Shown here: piece after piece, positions 57,401 to 64,000 of the stretch
Layout: each line of letters starts with the position of its first letter
Position numbering within the stretch: the stretch's first letter is position 1
From: Eledone cirrhosa
Lineage: Eukaryota
Direction of reading: 5' to 3'
Assembly (NCBI GenBank): GCA_964016885.1
Contig: OZ024741.1
Location: 263,934,001 to 263,998,000 of the forward strand
Length of the DNA stretch: 64,000 nt
Program-made: the position numbers and the translations under genes
Notes under the pieces: model-generated
The model's database searches: none
The model's input: the letters and a program-made list of their open reading frames with translations, nothing else
Told to the model about the DNA's origin: nothing

Positions 57401-60400
57401 GATAAAACTCGTTGACAACGTAAATTCCTTTCCACTTATTCTAGTAGGCTTTTATATTTATATGTGAGCTGATAGAGTACTGTCTTAGGATTTACAGAAA
57501 CCCATGAAGCTAGATTTAACACCTTTCTAGTGGGTCCGGGTATGATTTTACATTCATTTAAATTATTGACGTATTGTTTTATTGATATTTTTTATCTGTT
57601 TGGCCCGAATCTTCCTTTATCGATTTTAAATCGTATGGTTGATTGTAGACTTGTTCTATATGTGACGGTATTTTAACGATAGTTATAGCTCTGATTCATC
57701 TGAATTATTGAGCCCTCTGCCGCTCATATCGGATTTCGTTTTTCGTTAACTCGTGCGCCGATTTTTCGATACTCGATCTTTCTAATATATTTAGCTCTGG
57801 ACATAGCTATCCACCAGTTAATTTTATTGCTCATATTTTGTCGATTCTATTGAGTGATGAATAGCTTTTGTTTTATTTTAACATGTCTATTGAGCACTCT
57901 AATTCGATATGTGTATTTCCATATTCACTCGAATTATTTTCGCGGATATAGGGGTCATCTCCCTTGTCTAATGCCATGTGCGTTTTTCACCGCTAGTTGA
58001 CTCCTTTGCCGCCAGGATAAAACTCGTTGACAACGTAAATTCCTTTCCACTTATTCTAGTAGGCTTTTATATTTATATGTGAGCTGATAGAGTACTGTCT
58101 TAGGATTTACAGAAACCCATGAAGCTAGATTTAACACCTTTCTAGTGGGTCCGGGTATGATTTTACATTCATTTAAATTATTGACGTATTGTTTTATTGA
58201 TATTTTTTATCTGTTTGGCCCGAATCTTCCTTTATCGATTTTAAATCGTATGGTTGATTGTAGACTTGTTCTATATGTGACGGTATTTTAACGATAGTTA
58301 TAGCTCTGATTCATCTGAATTATTGAGCCCTCTGCCGCTCATATCGGATTTCGTTTTTCGTTAACTCGTGCGCCGATTTTTCGATACTCGATCTTTCTAA
58401 TATATTTAGCTCTGGACATAGCTATCCACCAGTTAATTTTATTGCTCATATTTTGTCGATTCTATTGAGTGATGAATAGCTTTTGTTTTATTTTAACATG
58501 TCTATTGAGCACTCTAATTCGATATGTGTATTTCCATATTCACTCGAATTATTTTCGCGGATATAGGGGTCATCTCCCTTGTCTAATGCCATGTGCGTTT
58601 TTCACCGCTAGTTGACTCCTTTGCCGCCAGGATAAAACTCGTTGACAACGTAAATTCCTTTCCACTTATTCTAGTAGGCTTTTATATTTATATGTGAGCT
58701 GATAGAGTACTGTCTTAGGATTTACAGAAACCCATGAAGCTAGATTTAACACCTTTCTAGTGGGTCCGGGTATGATTTTACATTCATTTAAATTATTGAC
58801 GTATTGTTTTATTGATATTTTTTATCTGTTTGGCCCGAATCTTCCTTTATCGATTTTAAATCGTATGGTTGATTGTAGACTTGTTCTATATGTGACGGTA
58901 TTTTAACGATAGTTATAGCTCTGATTCATCTGAATTATTGAGCCCTCTGCCGCTCATATCGGATTTCGTTTTTCGTTAACTCGTGCGCCGATTTTTCGAT
59001 ACTCGATCTTTCTAATATATTTAGCTCTGGACATAGCTATCCACCAGTTAATTTTATTGCTCATATTTTGTCGATTCTATTGAGTGATGAATAGCTTTTG
59101 TTTTATTTTAACATGTCTATTGAGCACTCTAATTCGATATGTGTATTTCCATATTCACTCGAATTATTTTCGCGGATATAGGGGTCATCTCCCTTGTCTA
59201 ATGCCATGTGCGTTTTTCACCGCTAGTTGACTCCTTTGCCGCCAGGATAAAACTCGTTGACAACGTAAATTCCTTTCCACTTATTCTAGTAGGCTTTTAT
59301 ATTTATATGTGAGCTGATAGAGTACTGTCTTAGGATTTACAGAAACCCATGAAGCTAGATTTAACACCTTTCTAGTGGGTCCGGGTATGATTTTACATTC
59401 ATTTAAATTATTGACGTATTGTTTTATTGATATTTTTTATCTGTTTGGCCCGAATCTTCCTTTATCGATTTTAAATCGTATGGTTGATTGTAGACTTGTT
59501 CTATATGTGACGGTATTTTAACGATAGTTATAGCTCTGATTCATCTGAATTATTGAGCCCTCTGCCGCTCATATCGGATTTCGTTTTTCGTTAACTCGTG
59601 CGCCGATTTTTCGATACTCGATCTTTCTAATATATTTAGCTCTGGACATAGCTATCCACCAGTTAATTTTATTGCTCATATTTTGTCGATTCTATTGAGT
59701 GATGAATAGCTTTTGTTTTATTTTAACATGTCTATTGAGCACTCTAATTCGATATGTGTATTTCCATATTCACTCGAATTATTTTCGCGGATATAGGGGT
59801 CATCTCCCTTGTCTAATGCCATGTGCGTTTTTCACCGCTAGTTGACTCCTTTGCCGCCAGGATAAAACTCGTTGACAACGTAAATTCCTTTCCACTTATT
59901 CTAGTAGGCTTTTATATTTATATGTGAGCTGATAGAGTACTGTCTTAGGATTTACAGAAACCCATGAAGCTAGATTTAACACCTTTCTAGTGGGTCCGGG
60001 TATGATTTTACATTCATTTAAATTATTGACGTATTGTTTTATTGATATTTTTTATCTGTTTGGCCCGAATCTTCCTTTATCGATTTTAAATCGTATGGTT
60101 GATTGTAGACTTGTTCTATATGTGACGGTATTTTAACGATAGTTATAGCTCTGATTCATCTGAATTATTGAGCCCTCTGCCGCTCATATCGGATTTCGTT
60201 TTTCGTTAACTCGTGCGCCGATTTTTCGATACTCGATCTTTCTAATATATTTAGCTCTGGACATAGCTATCCACCAGTTAATTTTATTGCTCATATTTTG
60301 TCGATTCTATTGAGTGATGAATAGCTTTTGTTTTATTTTAACATGTCTATTGAGCACTCTAATTCGATATGTGTATTTCCATATTCACTCGAATTATTTT

Positions 60401-63400
60401 CGCGGATATAGGGGTCATCTCCCTTGTCTAATGCCATGTGCGTTTTTCACCGCTAGTTGACTCCTTTGCCGCCAGGATAAAACTCGTTGACAACGTAAAT
60501 TCCTTTCCACTTATTCTAGTAGGCTTTTATATTTATATGTGAGCTGATAGAGTACTGTCTTAGGATTTACAGAAACCCATGAAGCTAGATTTAACACCTT
60601 TCTAGTGGGTCCGGGTATGATTTTACATTCATTTAAATTATTGACGTATTGTTTTATTGATATTTTTTATCTGTTTGGCCCGAATCTTCCTTTATCGATT
60701 TTAAATCGTATGGTTGATTGTAGACTTGTTCTATATGTGACGGTATTTTAACGATAGTTATAGCTCTGATTCATCTGAATTATTGAGCCCTCTGCCGCTC
60801 ATATCGGATTTCGTTTTTCGTTAACTCGTGCGCCGATTTTTCGATACTCGATCTTTCTAATATATTTAGCTCTGGACATAGCTATCCACCAGTTAATTTT
60901 ATTGCTCATATTTTGTCGATTCTATTGAGTGATGAATAGCTTTTGTTTTATTTTAACATGTCTATTGAGCACTCTAATTCGATATGTGTATTTCCATATT
61001 CACTCGAATTATTTTCGCGGATATAGGGGTCATCTCCCTTGTCTAATGCCATGTGCGTTTTTCACCGCTAGTTGACTCCTTTGCCGCCAGGATAAAACTC
61101 GTTGACAACGTAAATTCCTTTCCACTTATTCTAGTAGGCTTTTATATTTATATGTGAGCTGATAGAGTACTGTCTTAGGATTTACAGAAACCCATGAAGC
61201 TAGATTTAACACCTTTCTAGTGGGTCCGGGTATGATTTTACATTCATTTAAATTATTGACGTATTGTTTTATTGATATTTTTTATCTGTTTGGCCCGAAT
61301 CTTCCTTTATCGATTTTAAATCGTATGGTTGATTGTAGACTTGTTCTATATGTGACGGTATTTTAACGATAGTTATAGCTCTGATTCATCTGAATTATTG
61401 AGCCCTCTGCCGCTCATATCGGATTTCGTTTTTCGTTAACTCGTGCGCCGATTTTTCGATACTCGATCTTTCTAATATATTTAGCTCTGGACATAGCTAT
61501 CCACCAGTTAATTTTATTGCTCATATTTTGTCGATTCTATTGAGTGATGAATAGCTTTTGTTTTATTTTAACATGTCTATTGAGCACTCTAATTCGATAT
61601 GTGTATTTCCATATTCACTCGAATTATTTTCGCGGATATAGGGGTCATCTCCCTTGTCTAATGCCATGTGCGTTTTTCACCGCTAGTTGACTCCTTTGCC
61701 GCCAGGATAAAACTCGTTGACAACGTAAATTCCTTTCCACTTATTCTAGTAGGCTTTTATATTTATATGTGAGCTGATAGAGTACTGTCTTAGGATTTAC
61801 AGAAACCCATGAAGCTAGATTTAACACCTTTCTAGTGGGTCCGGGTATGATTTTACATTCATTTAAATTATTGACGTATTGTTTTATTGATATTTTTTAT
61901 CTGTTTGGCCCGAATCTTCCTTTATCGATTTTAAATCGTATGGTTGATTGTAGACTTGTTCTATATGTGACGGTATTTTAACGATAGTTATAGCTCTGAT
62001 TCATCTGAATTATTGAGCCCTCTGCCGCTCATATCGGATTTCGTTTTTCGTTAACTCGTGCGCCGATTTTTCGATACTCGATCTTTCTAATATATTTAGC
62101 TCTGGACATAGCTATCCACCAGTTAATTTTATTGCTCATATTTTGTCGATTCTATTGAGTGATGAATAGCTTTTGTTTTATTTTAACATGTCTATTGAGC
62201 ACTCTAATTCGATATGTGTATTTCCATATTCACTCGAATTATTTTCGCGGATATAGGGGTCATCTCCCTTGTCTAATGCCATGTGCGTTTTTCACCGCTA
62301 GTTGACTCCTTTGCCGCCAGGATAAAACTCGTTGACAACGTAAATTCCTTTCCACTTATTCTAGTAGGCTTTTATATTTATATGTGAGCTGATAGAGTAC
62401 TGTCTTAGGATTTACAGAAACCCATGAAGCTAGATTTAACACCTTTCTAGTGGGTCCGGGTATGATTTTACATTCATTTAAATTATTGACGTATTGTTTT
62501 ATTGATATTTTTTATCTGTTTGGCCCGAATCTTCCTTTATCGATTTTAAATCGTATGGTTGATTGTAGACTTGTTCTATATGTGACGGTATTTTAACGAT
62601 AGTTATAGCTCTGATTCATCTGAATTATTGAGCCCTCTGCCGCTCATATCGGATTTCGTTTTTCGTTAACTCGTGCGCCGATTTTTCGATACTCGATCTT
62701 TCTAATATATTTAGCTCTGGACATAGCTATCCACCAGTTAATTTTATTGCTCATATTTTGTCGATTCTATTGAGTGATGAATAGCTTTTGTTTTATTTTA
62801 ACATGTCTATTGAGCACTCTAATTCGATATGTGTATTTCCATATTCACTCGAATTATTTTCGCGGATATAGGGGTCATCTCCCTTGTCTAATGCCATGTG
62901 CGTTTTTCACCGCTAGTTGACTCCTTTGCCGCCAGGATAAAACTCGTTGACAACGTAAATTCCTTTCCACTTATTCTAGTAGGCTTTTATATTTATATGT
63001 GAGCTGATAGAGTACTGTCTTAGGATTTACAGAAACCCATGAAGCTAGATTTAACACCTTTCTAGTGGGTCCGGGTATGATTTTACATTCATTTAAATTA
63101 TTGACGTATTGTTTTATTGATATTTTTTATCTGTTTGGCCCGAATCTTCCTTTATCGATTTTAAATCGTATGGTTGATTGTAGACTTGTTCTATATGTGA
63201 CGGTATTTTAACGATAGTTATAGCTCTGATTCATCTGAATTATTGAGCCCTCTGCCGCTCATATCGGATTTCGTTTTTCGTTAACTCGTGCGCCGATTTT
63301 TCGATACTCGATCTTTCTAATATATTTAGCTCTGGACATAGCTATCCACCAGTTAATTTTATTGCTCATATTTTGTCGATTCTATTGAGTGATGAATAGC

Positions 63401-64000
63401 TTTTGTTTTATTTTAACATGTCTATTGAGCACTCTAATTCGATATGTGTATTTCCATATTCACTCGAATTATTTTCGCGGATATAGGGGTCATCTCCCTT
63501 GTCTAATGCCATGTGCGTTTTTCACCGCTAGTTGACTCCTTTGCCGCCAGGATAAAACTCGTTGACAACGTAAATTCCTTTCCACTTATTCTAGTAGGCT
63601 TTTATATTTATATGTGAGCTGATAGAGTACTGTCTTAGGATTTACAGAAACCCATGAAGCTAGATTTAACACCTTTCTAGTGGGTCCGGGTATGATTTTA
63701 CATTCATTTAAATTATTGACGTATTGTTTTATTGATATTTTTTATCTGTTTGGCCCGAATCTTCCTTTATCGATTTTAAATCGTATGGTTGATTGTAGAC
63801 TTGTTCTATATGTGACGGTATTTTAACGATAGTTATAGCTCTGATTCATCTGAATTATTGAGCCCTCTGCCGCTCATATCGGATTTCGTTTTTCGTTAAC
63901 TCGTGCGCCGATTTTTCGATACTCGATCTTTCTAATATATTTAGCTCTGGACATAGCTATCCACCAGTTAATTTTATTGCTCATATTTTGTCGATTCTAT
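54466..64000. repeat. 615-bp tandem array, at least 15.5 apparently identical copies, running off the window
   Basis: tatgattttacattc starts at 54466, 55081, 55696 and onward. The line pattern repeats every 2460 bp. No ORF of 60 aa or more. Confidence 0.97.

Overview
This is an AT-rich, microsatellite-dense eukaryotic intergenic or intronic window. The SINE types resemble those of octopus/cephalopod genomes (inference). No host protein-coding gene, rRNA, true tRNA or CRISPR array is supported, and most listed ORFs are translations of (CA)n, (TA)n, (GA)n or (TATG)n. Recognisable coding remnants are all retroelements: CR1-type, RTE, R4/Dong-type RLE, CRE-type RLE, a Tx1/L1 copy with a 19-bp TSD, and a Gypsy pol/LTR. 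Mariner MITEs, Helitron-like ends, tRNA-derived SINEs and two 46-bp minisatellites are also present. The most notable signal is non-coding. Many unrelated 100-600 bp elements sit inside (TA)n tracts as tandem monomers and/or fold-back inversions, and many carry type I hammerhead ribozyme (HHR) motifs with palindromic stem III. The clearest case is a 554-bp x 4.2 array with one HHR per monomer and an inverted end (11987-14638). A diverged 522-bp sister element (8951-9700) shows compensatory base-pair changes in the HHR. A near-perfect 615-bp x 15.5+ array begins in (TA)n at 54466. Together these look like a microsatellite-targeting Penelope-like/retrozyme system.
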